35,424 nucleotides of DNA from Bacteroidota bacterium (GTDB taxonomy: Bacteria > Bacteroidota > Bacteroidia > J057): contig JAYUZN010000717.1 in assembly GCA_043751755.1 (NCBI GenBank), forward strand, positions 1-35,424. Direction: 5' to 3'. Positions 23,104-30,792 of the stretch are shown piece after piece. Position numbers and translations under genes: made by a program. Every line of letters begins with the position of its first letter. The first letter of the stretch is position 1. The notes beneath the pieces are model-generated. The model worked only from the letters and a program-made list of their open reading frames with translations. It was not told where the DNA came from and made no database searches.

Positions 23104-24375
23104 ATGAAAAATATTTATGTATTCGCATTAATTTTTGCAAGTGCCTTTCCTGCTTGGGCGCAACGCACTGAAATGAATGAAATGTTTGATGGAGAGAAAT
23201 TTCCCCCTGAACATTGGACCTGCGTGCCTACGATAGATGAAAATGTTTGGAAACAAGAATCTCACCCAAGCAATATCTATGGCAAACGGCGCATGTCGGT
23301 GAGTTGTAACAATTATAATCGCATAAGTTCTTCGTTTTTGATTTCTAAAAAAATAGGCTTTACAACTGCCAATAATTATATTTTAGAATTTCAAGAAAAA
23401 ACAAGCTATAACGCAGCACCGCAGTTTTTGAAGATTCACTTATTATCTGCTCCGCATCCGCAAAAAATTATTCAAACCTTAGCAGATTTCAAGTTGTTGA
23501 GCAACTTTGAAACCTTTGACCTCAAACGGATTAATTTTTCGCCTTTTGCCAATGATAGTTTTTACCTTGCTTTTGAATGTTATACAAGCGGAAATCAAAT
23601 GGGAGCTTTGATTTTGGACAATATTTTGCTCAAAGGCTGCAATGAAGAAGCCTTAGTTTCGCTGAGTCGCTCGCCTTCTTGGGACGCTTCGCCGCCTGCA
23701 AATCTTAGTTTTGCATGGTCTTCGGTGTGCAATGCGGCAGGTTATACGATTAGTTATGGCAAAAATGCGCCCGATTTTGATGACCTCGCCAAAGGCTTAG
23801 AATTAGGAAATGTCAATATTCATTCCCCCAAAAATCTTCTCCCAAATGAATCTTATGGTTGGAAAATAAGAGCTTATAACAAAGAAAAAAACACTATTTT
23901 TGAAAGCGAAACCAACCCTTTTAAGACCGAAAAAATGTGGGATTACTGTAATTGTGCTTCTGCTTCTACGAATTTTGCCTACATTTCGGAAGTTAAGGTA
24001 GGTTCTTTTTACAATGGTGATGATAAGCCTTCTTTTTTTACGGATTATAAAAATGTGCCTGTAATTTGTCAACGTCAAGATTCGCTGCCTTTTTCGATAA
24101 TTATGGGCAATTCGAGCGACGAAGCTTATATAAGCATTTTTGCAGATTGGAATTTTGATGGGGATTTCAAAGATGAGTGGGAGTATGTTTTGACCGAAGA
24201 AAGCAAAACAGGAGCGTTTAAAGGGCATTTTACCATTCCTGCAACCGCAAAAGAAGGACTGACCAAAATACGGATAAAAATGGGCTTAGTCGCAGGCGGA
24301 AGCGAGCCAAAAGTGCCTTGTGATGCGTTTTATATGGCAGGTGAAACAGAGGATTATCAGATTTTTGTCAAATGA
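23104..24375 (+). CDS. secreted protein with C-terminal GEVED domain
   Basis: 423 aa with the signal peptide 'MKNIYVFALIFASAFPAWAQ'. The C-terminal 'GETEDYQIFV' matches the GEVED motif. The N-terminal part resembles cleaved-adhesin/choice-of-anchor-type domains. Confidence 0.6.
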   Translation: MKNIYVFALIFASAFPAWAQRTEMNEMFDGEKFPPEHWTCVPTIDENVWKQESHPSNIYGKRRMSVSCNNYNRISSSFLISKKIGFTTANNYILEFQEKTSYNAAPQFLKIHLLSAPHPQKIIQTLADFKLLSNFETFDLKRINFSPFANDSFYLAFECYTSGNQMGALILDNILLKGCNEEALVSLSRSPSWDASPPANLSFAWSSVCNAAGYTISYGKNAPDFDDLAKGLELGNVNIHSPKNLLPNESYGWKIRAYNKEKNTIFESETNPFKTEKMWDYCNCASASTNFAYISEVKVGSFYNGDDKPSFFTDYKNVPVICQRQDSLPFSIIMGNSSDEAYISIFADWNFDGDFKDEWEYVLTEESKTGAFKGHFTIPATAKEGLTKIRIKMGLVAGGSEPKVPCDAFYMAGETEDYQIFVK

Positions 24376-24408
24376 GTTTTGCGCAGATTTAACCGCAGTT
24401 TACGTTTA

Positions 24409-24446
24409 GTAAGGTGGCGCACTTCTCAAAAGTGCGCCACCTTACA
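24409..24446. terminator. hairpin-family variant between convergent genes (bidirectional terminator candidate)
   Basis: 'GTAAGGTGGCGCACTT-CTCAA-AAGTGCGCCACCTTAC' has a 16-bp perfect stem. It lies between the stops at 24375 (+) and 24458 (-). Confidence 0.6.
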
Positions 24447-24457
24447 AAGCTACAATC

Positions 24458-26344
24458 CTAATACAGCACCCGAAACTTAATCGTATCTTCTATTGCTTTG
24501 AGTGCGTCTATGACTTCGGGGATATATTCTTTATTAATATCCGTAATAACATAACCCAACCATTCATTTGTTTTCAAAAACTGCCCTTCAATATTGATGT
24601 TATGTGTGGCAAGCGTATTATTAATTTTTGCCAAAATTCCCGGCACATTTCTATGAATATGAATGAGTCTATGCACATTTTTTTGCTGTGGCAGTTGAAT
24701 ATTTGGGAAATTAACCGCCCCAAAAGTATTCCCCGTATTCACATATTCAATGATACGTGCAGGCACATATTCCGCAATATTTTGCTGCGCCTCCTCCGTA
24801 CTTCCGCCAATATGTGGGGTAAGAATCACATTTTCCAGTCCCCTCAATTCCGAAATAAAAGGTTCTTGATTGTTGAACGGCTCATAAGGAAAAACATCTA
24901 TACCCGCCCCTGCGATTTTTCCGCTTTTCAAGTGCTTGACTAACAAGCCAATATCTATAATAAAGCCCCTACTTAGGTTGAGAAAAATGGAACCCTTTTT
25001 CATTGCTTTAAATTCCTCTGCTCCAAAAAATAGCGCGTTTTCCTTGCGCCCGTCCACATGCAAAGTAACGACATCAGCTTTTTTGAGCAAATCTTGCAAA
25101 GAATTACATTTTTTAGCATTGCCCAATGCCAATTTTTCTACCACATCATAATAATACACCTCCATGCCCAACGCCTCTGCCAATACAGAAAGTTGTGTGC
25201 CAATATTCCCATAGCCCACAATTCCCAACTTTTTGCTCCGCACCTCAAAACAATCTTTCGCAGATTTGTTCCATTTTCCTGCGTGAAGCTGCTCATTCAT
25301 GGCAGGAATTTTGCGCATAAGCATAATTATTTCGCCCAACGCCAATTCCACAACGCTGCGGGTATTGCTATACGGCGCGTTGAAGGCAATCGTCCCCAAA
25401 TCTGCCGCAGCTTTGAGGTTCATTTGATTCGTACCAATGCAAAAAGCCCCCACAGCAATCAAGCGATTTGCATGAGAAAGCACTTTTTCGGTCAGTTGCG
25501 TTTTGGAACGAATGCCCAAAATAGAAACGCCTTGTATCTTCTCGCACAATTCTGCCTCCGTAGGCGAGCCTGCCAGCGTTTCCACCTGATAGCCCTCTTC
25601 CTTAAAACGCTCCACTGCCTTTGCATGAATATTTTCTAACAATAGCACTTTAATCCGATTTTTGGGATAAGATAAGGACATTTGTAAATGATTTATGTAT
25701 AAAAACTCGTCAAAAGTAGGCAAAACATGGTCAGCATTTGCCAAAATTCCGGGACGCAAAATATTTTCGGTAAAGGCATAAAAGCGATGCGCAATGCCAC
25801 TTTCTTTTGCTTCATAATCGGTGTAAGAATCGCCTATAACATAGATTTCGCCTTCCAAATTCAGGGTTTTGAGGAGGGTAGATTTGCCTTTACTATGCGC
25901 CAAAGGATTGCCTTCATCAAAGCCTATAACATACCCCTTTTCGTCAAACAAAAAGGTATTTGCCAACACATGTTCCGCATCTATGTCAAAATCTGCCACC
26001 ACAGGCGCGATAAATTCCTGAAAACCCAAAGACAAAATATAGACTTTTCCTTTATTTGTTTGAAAAAAAGCCTTATTTCGCGCAAAAGAAGTCGAAATCT
26101 TTTTGCGTAGCCTTTGCGTAAGTTTTTCTATGTCTTTTTGATGAATCGTGAGTAAAGCCAACCTTTGTTTGAGCGAATCATAAAAGGAAATTTTGCCCTC
26201 CATGCCCAAGTCTGTAATTGCCTTGACCTGCTGAAAAAGGATTTTTCGTTCTTTGAGGCTGCTAACAGTGAGATTTACCAATTCTTCTAAAGCCTCTACC
26301 TGCGTAAAAGTACTGTCAAAATCTATTATAATATTTGCTTGCAT
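24458..26344 (-). CDS. serA: fused phosphoserine phosphatase (HAD, SerB-like) / D-3-phosphoglycerate dehydrogenase (SerA) with ACT domain
   Basis: 628 aa. The N-terminus has HAD motif I 'IIIDFDSTFT' and 'GDSYTDYE'. The C-terminal roughly 400 aa has the 2-hydroxyacid dehydrogenase Rossmann motif 'GIVGYGNIGTQ', 'LTPHIGGST', and a terminal ACT-like segment. Confidence 0.85.
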   Translation of the reverse strand: MQANIIIDFDSTFTQVEALEELVNLTVSSLKERKILFQQVKAITDLGMEGKISFYDSLKQRLALLTIHQKDIEKLTQRLRKKISTSFARNKAFFQTNKGKVYILSLGFQEFIAPVVADFDIDAEHVLANTFLFDEKGYVIGFDEGNPLAHSKGKSTLLKTLNLEGEIYVIGDSYTDYEAKESGIAHRFYAFTENILRPGILANADHVLPTFDEFLYINHLQMSLSYPKNRIKVLLLENIHAKAVERFKEEGYQVETLAGSPTEAELCEKIQGVSILGIRSKTQLTEKVLSHANRLIAVGAFCIGTNQMNLKAAADLGTIAFNAPYSNTRSVVELALGEIIMLMRKIPAMNEQLHAGKWNKSAKDCFEVRSKKLGIVGYGNIGTQLSVLAEALGMEVYYYDVVEKLALGNAKKCNSLQDLLKKADVVTLHVDGRKENALFFGAEEFKAMKKGSIFLNLSRGFIIDIGLLVKHLKSGKIAGAGIDVFPYEPFNNQEPFISELRGLENVILTPHIGGSTEEAQQNIAEYVPARIIEYVNTGNTFGAVNFPNIQLPQQKNVHRLIHIHRNVPGILAKINNTLATHNINIEGQFLKTNEWLGYVITDINKEYIPEVIDALKAIEDTIKFRVLY

Positions 26345-26421
26345 AGCGATTTTGGGGGCAAAGGTAGGCTTTTTTTGTCAGGTAGCTGCCATTTTTTAAA
26401 TGGCAGTCATGGCATAAAATT

Positions 26422-26635
26422 TAGGGCTACCGCACCAAAATTCTTTTGTCGATTTAGCTACTCTGAACACAAAAATATTAACCTTATAATTTTACCACTA
26501 AGGCACGAAGGAAACTAAGAAAGAAAAAATGTGCCTTAGATTCCTTCTTTTACCTCATTGCTTCGTGATTCTAATGCCTTAGTGGTGAGAAAAATATCTT
26601 TTTGTTCACTACTTAATTTTGGTGCGGTAGCCCTA
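26422..26635. mobile_element. nested MITE-like element with perfect 21-bp terminal inverted repeats, enclosing a CCACTAAGGCAC-family element
   Basis: 'TAGGGCTACCGCACCAAAATT' (26422-26442) pairs with 'AATTTTGGTGCGGTAGCCCTA' (26615-26635). Inside it, 26493-26595 is homologous to 16030-16135. It has no coding capacity. Confidence 0.7.
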
Positions 26636-26673
26636 TACAATTCAGAAAACATAAGGATTAAAAAATAAATGAG

Positions 26674-26681
26674 TAAATTTG
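26674..26681 (+). promoter_or_regulatory. -7 box TAAATTTG upstream of prmA
   Basis: TAnnTTTG, 74 nt upstream of the ATG at 26756. Confidence 0.45.
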
Positions 26682-26755
26682 CAAAAATTGAGCAAAGGGG
26701 ATAAAAAGCAAGTGTTTAAAGCCCCTATAAACTCGCCTTTTCTATAACACAATTC

Positions 26756-27613
26756 ATGCAAAAACCACAATACATACACCTTTCCGCCGCCCTTCCTGAC
26801 AAGGAATTGGCAGACTCTGTCATTGCCATTTTGGGCGAGGCAGGCTTTACGACTTTTGAAGAAAGTGAGGCAGGCGTTTCGGCATATATCGCTGAAAATG
26901 AATATGATGCAGCTTTGACTGCGGAATTGATGCAGCTTTATTTTGCCACAAATCCCATTTCCTATACGACCGAAGTCATTGCTTCCGAAAACTGGAACGA
27001 GGAATGGGAGAAAAATTATCCGAACCTATATATCGACCACTTTTGTCAAGTCTTGCCCTCTTTCCGCACGCCGTTGGAGGGCTTTGCACACACCATTATA
27101 ATAGACCCGAAAATGTCTTTTGGCACAGGGCATCACGCAACCACGCAAATGATGATGTTGAATTTGAAGGAGCTGAAACCCAAAGGCACAAAGGTGATAG
27201 ACATGGGTTGTGGCACAGCGATTTTGGCGATTTTGGCAGAACAATTAGGCGCGAAGGAAATATTGGGCATAGACAACGACCCTTGGTGCGTAGAAAATGC
27301 GGGCGAAAACCTGGTCCTCAATCATTGTCAAAAAACGTCTTTGCTGCTCGGAGGGGCGGAGGCGATTCCTACGGAGGCGAAATATGACATTTTTCTCGCC
27401 AATATAAACCGCAATATTTTGATGCAAGATGGCGCATCTTACGTAGCGCACATTCCTTTTGATGGATATTTGGTTATAAGCGGTTTTTATGAGGAAGATA
27501 TGCTCCCCTTAACCTTATTTTTTGAAGACTTAGCAATGACGCGTATTGGACGAAAAGAACAAAATAATTGGGCAAGTCTGGTGTTTAAGAAGATGGAAAA
27601 AGACTTGTTGTAA
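26756..27613 (+). CDS. prmA: ribosomal protein L11 methyltransferase
   Basis: 285 aa. 'IDPKMSFGTGHHATTQ' and the SAM motif 'VIDMGCGTAILAI' are diagnostic of PrmA. Confidence 0.9.
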   Translation: MQKPQYIHLSAALPDKELADSVIAILGEAGFTTFEESEAGVSAYIAENEYDAALTAELMQLYFATNPISYTTEVIASENWNEEWEKNYPNLYIDHFCQVLPSFRTPLEGFAHTIIIDPKMSFGTGHHATTQMMMLNLKELKPKGTKVIDMGCGTAILAILAEQLGAKEILGIDNDPWCVENAGENLVLNHCQKTSLLLGGAEAIPTEAKYDIFLANINRNILMQDGASYVAHIPFDGYLVISGFYEEDMLPLTLFFEDLAMTRIGRKEQNNWASLVFKKMEKDLL

Positions 27614-27750
27614 GGGCTGTCTATACTTATTTTGAGGCAATACACAACATTTTTGGCAGAAATAAAGTTATGCTTATGCGGAAATTTGCGTAAATGGGTA
27701 ACTTTTGCCCCAAATACTCGACCTATAATAGGTATGTTACGAAAACCAAC

Positions 27751-28359
27751 ATGGATTCAAACTTAATTACGACTTCTCAAAATACCAAAGATGACCGCGT
27801 GTGGGTGGAAAAAGCGCAAAAAGGCGATACTTTAGCCTTTGAAAAGCTGCTGCGCAAATATCGGAAGTCTGTGTTTTATATGCTCCTCAAAATGGTCAAA
27901 AATTCAGATGATGCTGAAGATTTGACTCAAGAAGCCTTTGCCAAAGCCTTTAGTTCTATTGGGCGTTTTGACGCTACGTATGCCTTTTCCACGTGGTTAT
28001 TTCGCATTGCCACCAATAATTGTATAGATCATATTCGCAAAAAACGAGTACAAACGGTCTCCATCGACCAGCCTGTAGAGGGCGAAGATGGCGGAAGCAT
28101 GTCTTTTGATTTGCGGGATTTGGAGGCAGACCCCAGCGAAAGTGTGGTGTTACAGCAAAGAAAACGCTACCTCAAAATGGCACTTGACCGTATTCCCGAA
28201 AAATATCGTATGCTGATAGAATATAGATATTTTCAGGAATTGTCGTATGAAGAAGTTGCGACTGCCTCAGGTTTGCCCCTTGGTACAGTCAAAGCACAGC
28301 TTTTTCGCGCAAGGGAGTTGCTGAACTTGGAAATGAAAAATGTAGAAGACCAAATATAA
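27751..28359 (+). CDS. ECF-type RNA polymerase sigma-70 family factor
   Basis: It has region 2 'WLFRIATNNCIDHIRKK' and region 4 'LSYEEVATASGLPLGTVKAQLFRARELL'. The ATG at 27751 is preferred. Confidence 0.85.
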   Translation: MDSNLITTSQNTKDDRVWVEKAQKGDTLAFEKLLRKYRKSVFYMLLKMVKNSDDAEDLTQEAFAKAFSSIGRFDATYAFSTWLFRIATNNCIDHIRKKRVQTVSIDQPVEGEDGGSMSFDLRDLEADPSESVVLQQRKRYLKMALDRIPEKYRMLIEYRYFQELSYEEVATASGLPLGTVKAQLFRARELLNLEMKNVEDQI

Positions 28360-28397
28360 GCCGTTAAAAGTTGATAATTTAGGGTAAAGTTCTATAC

Positions 28398-28430
28398 TAA
28401 CTCTCAACTTTTAACTCTCAACTTTTAACT
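28398..28430. repeat. AACTCTCAACTTTT x2 word repeat upstream of the 141-aa ORF
   Basis: 'AACTCTCAACTTTTAACTCTCAACTTTTAACTT'. Confidence 0.75.
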
Positions 28431-28436
28431 TCATAA

Positions 28437-28862
28437 ATGGATTTACTTTCTCAAATAGAAGCCGCTCAAGGCAAAAAAATAAAGCCCATAAATGCCAAAA
28501 AGCGTTATGGCAGAACTTGTGCGAAAATTATAATAGATTTTGCGCTGCCTTTTATGCCCAAAAACGGCGCAAATAGTGATATAGAAACCATTTATACAAT
28601 TTCGATGATTGCCTGGAATATTGCTTTGATGCCCCTTGAAGCGCAGGAAAATTACATAGAAAGAACGGTAGATGAAACGGAAATGGGCAGGCACCCCGAA
28701 ATGATAGCGAATATTTATGTGATGATAGAACGAAAAAAGCAACTTTTTGCCCAATATGACTTTCAAGTCGCGGATTATGAGCTACAATTTTTGGACAAAA
28801 CACAGGAGATATATTTGGAAGTGATAGGGATAGACGCACCTAAGTTGAAAGTTGATAGTTAA
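28437..28862 (+). CDS. hypothetical protein
   Basis: A 141-aa ORF downstream of the sigma factor with no TM segment and no recognisable motif. Its last codons are encoded by an AAGTTGA repeat. Confidence 0.5.
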   Translation: MDLLSQIEAAQGKKIKPINAKKRYGRTCAKIIIDFALPFMPKNGANSDIETIYTISMIAWNIALMPLEAQENYIERTVDETEMGRHPEMIANIYVMIERKKQLFAQYDFQVADYELQFLDKTQEIYLEVIGIDAPKLKVDS

Positions 28863-28922
28863 AAGTTGATAGTTACCCATTTCTTAATTTTCAATTCTCA
28901 ATTTTTCATTTTCAATTCCCTC
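28842..28922. repeat. AAGTTGA(A/T)AGTT word repeat plus TTCTTAATTTTCAATTCTCAATTT leader block
   Basis: 28842-28874 encodes the last residues ('KLKVDS') and the stop of the 141-aa ORF. 28888-28911 is a 24-mer identical to the one upstream of rpmF. Confidence 0.8.
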
Positions 28923-29228
28923 ATGCTTCTTCGTATCGTTCGTATGGAATTTCAGCCCGAAAAAGTGTCCGATTTTTTGGCAATTTTCAATCAAAGTAAA
29001 CAGCAAATACGGATTTTTCAAGGCTGTGAATATTTGGCATTACATACAGATGCCACAAACCCTCATGTTAGATACACATATAGCAAATGGGAATCCGAAG
29101 AAGCTTTGAATTTATATAGAAATAGCCCCCTTTTTACCCAAACTTGGGCAGCTACCAAAGCCTTGTTTGCCGCAAAACCACAAGCGTTTTCTTTATATTT
29201 AGCCGACGAAGTGAATCGTTATACTTAA
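28923..29228 (+). CDS. antibiotic biosynthesis monooxygenase (ABM)-fold protein
   Basis: The ATG at 28923 gives a 101-aa protein, 'MLLRIVRMEFQPEK...YSKWESEEALNLYRNSPLF', typical of small ABM/dimeric alpha-beta barrel proteins. Confidence 0.65.
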   Translation: MLLRIVRMEFQPEKVSDFLAIFNQSKQQIRIFQGCEYLALHTDATNPHVRYTYSKWESEEALNLYRNSPLFTQTWAATKALFAAKPQAFSLYLADEVNRYT

Positions 29229-29245
29229 AATGGGATTGTTTTTCC

Positions 29246-29306
29246 GTAAATTTTCGTGTAAACAGGTCATTTCTTTAAGAAATGAGCTGTGTACAAGAAA
29301 ATTTTA
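29246..29306. repeat. long hairpin element AAACAGGTCATTTCT (family copy 2)
   Basis: 'GTAAATTTTCGTGTAAACAGGTCATTTCTTTAAGAAATGAGCTGTGTACAAGAAAATTTTA' lies just upstream of the NTPase cassette. Confidence 0.7.
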
Positions 29307-29403
29307 CCCCGTTCAAAATATCGGCGGTTTTTCAAATTGCCCAATGATTAAAAATTTTACCTTAAAGGCTTCTTAATTTTTTGGAAAAAAGAAAAGCCTT
29401 GAT

Positions 29404-29411
29404 TACTTTTG
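29404..29411 (+). promoter_or_regulatory. -7 box TACTTTTG upstream of the NTPase/2-TM cassette
   Basis: TAnnTTTG, 28 nt upstream of the ATG at 29440. Confidence 0.5.
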
Positions 29412-29439
29412 TATAATAATTCGGATAAAAACAGCTAAC

Positions 29440-30258
29440 ATGGATTTTTTTACCGCAATAGGTGCGATAAGTTCAGGTATTGCCATTTATGATAAAGCCA
29501 ATTCTCTTTCAAATCAAGTGAAAAAGATTGTCAAATGGCTCAAAAAAGGCAATACAAAAATCGTTATAATGGGTGCAGGCGGAACAGGTAAAACTACGCT
29601 TGCCCACTTTTTGACGAATAACCCTGCCTATAAAGAACTGAATTACAGCCAAACACATACTGATGAGAAGATAAATATAGGCGGAAATACGATAGGAAGT
29701 TATTGGATTGCACCAGGGCAAGCAGAAAGTCGAGAACGTTACTTTCCTGAGATGTTTAGAGAAATTGCGAATGGAAAGGTTTGCGGCATTATTCATGTCG
29801 TTTCCTATGGTTTTCATAGCATAGACGCTCAATTGAGCCTACAAGGAATGTTGCATTACAGAGAAGGTATGCCTGATGTGGAATATTTAGCAGCCTTGCA
29901 AACCCATAACCGAGCAACAGAGCTATCTATTCTCCAAGAGTTGAAACACAGAATAAAAGATTCTCCGCAAAAAATATGGCTGATAACCTTAGTCTTGAAA
30001 CAAGATTTGTGGTGGGCAGAAAAGGAAAAAGTGCAGGAGTTTTATACAAAAGGAGCCTATTCTACGGAAATAGCAGAAATCGCACAACAAAAGGGAAAAC
30101 AACATTTTGAACATCATTATGTTTCGGCTTCTGTTATCTCCCACAATTTTTCTATAGCAGGAAAAATATTTCAGCCTATAACACAAGGTTATGACGAAGC
30201 CTTGCGCATTGCCAATCTCAATGGTTTTATCACACAACTAAAGGCTTTTTTACACTAA
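29440..30258 (+). CDS. divergent Ras-like (TRAFAC) P-loop NTPase, uncharacterised
   Basis: 272 aa. It has the P-loop 'GAGGTGKT' (aa 45-52), the switch II-like 'WIAPGQ' (aa 89-94) and the G4-like 'VLKQD' (aa 185-189). The N-terminus has a small-residue zipper 'AIGAISSGIAI'. Confidence 0.7.
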   Translation: MDFFTAIGAISSGIAIYDKANSLSNQVKKIVKWLKKGNTKIVIMGAGGTGKTTLAHFLTNNPAYKELNYSQTHTDEKINIGGNTIGSYWIAPGQAESRERYFPEMFREIANGKVCGIIHVVSYGFHSIDAQLSLQGMLHYREGMPDVEYLAALQTHNRATELSILQELKHRIKDSPQKIWLITLVLKQDLWWAEKEKVQEFYTKGAYSTEIAEIAQQKGKQHFEHHYVSASVISHNFSIAGKIFQPITQGYDEALRIANLNGFITQLKAFLH

Positions 30259-30264
30259 AAGACA

Positions 30265-30744
30265 ATGGCAGAATTATTGACAAATACCACAATACAGGAT
30301 AATAGCGACTTGGATAGGGTCGCGGATTTGCTGAAAGATTATACAATAGATACAGAGAAGAAATATGAGGAATTAAATAAAATCAGTAAATTTCATTTTA
30401 ACATATCTTATTTGCTGTTTGTTTGCCTCATTGTTATGACTATTTTTACCGTTTATAATATATCTCACCTTATTACAATTACTGAAAGTATAATATTCTT
30501 TGTATATGTTATGTTAGTGGCTTTTTTGGGTCTATATATATGGAACAGTAATCCTAAAGATAGAAAAAATAAAACAGAATTAATAGACTCCCTTCAAATC
30601 TCTCGCAAACGCCTATCAGAAGTCATGAAGTTTGCCAGCCAATATCTTGAAAATAAGGAACTTACCGACATTCGCAGATTTGAATTAAAACTCTTACTTT
30701 CAGACGCAGATGCTATTTACCTCAAATCAGAAAAATATGTATAG
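30265..30744 (+). CDS. small two-transmembrane-helix protein, uncharacterised
   Basis: 159 aa, starting 6 nt after the NTPase stop. Two adjacent hydrophobic helices (about aa 46-65 and 68-93) are flanked by charged helical regions. The gene is very AT-rich. Confidence 0.65.
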   Translation: MAELLTNTTIQDNSDLDRVADLLKDYTIDTEKKYEELNKISKFHFNISYLLFVCLIVMTIFTVYNISHLITITESIIFFVYVMLVAFLGLYIWNSNPKDRKNKTELIDSLQISRKRLSEVMKFASQYLENKELTDIRRFELKLLLSDADAIYLKSEKYV

Positions 30745-30780
30745 AAGTTCGGCGGGTTTTTAGAAACCCGCCGAACTTTT
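30745..30780 (+). terminator. strong intrinsic terminator after the NTPase/2-TM cassette
   Basis: 'AAGTTCGGCGGGTTT-TTAG-AAACCCGCCGAACTT' has a 15-bp stem and runs into TTTT. It starts immediately after the stop at 30744 and ends about 13 nt before the next ATG. Confidence 0.75.
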
Positions 30781-30792
30781 AAGGGTAAAATC

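Noticed and set aside
25058-25639. 193-aa plus-strand ORF, and others inside 24458-26344
   Set aside because: These are antisense to the SerB-SerA fusion gene, which has unambiguous motifs.
28437-28862. The 141-aa ORF as the anti-sigma factor of the upstream ECF sigma
   Set aside because: It has no transmembrane segment and no zinc-binding anti-sigma (HxxxCxxC) motif. A 77-nt spacer containing a repeat separates the two genes. The link is positional only.
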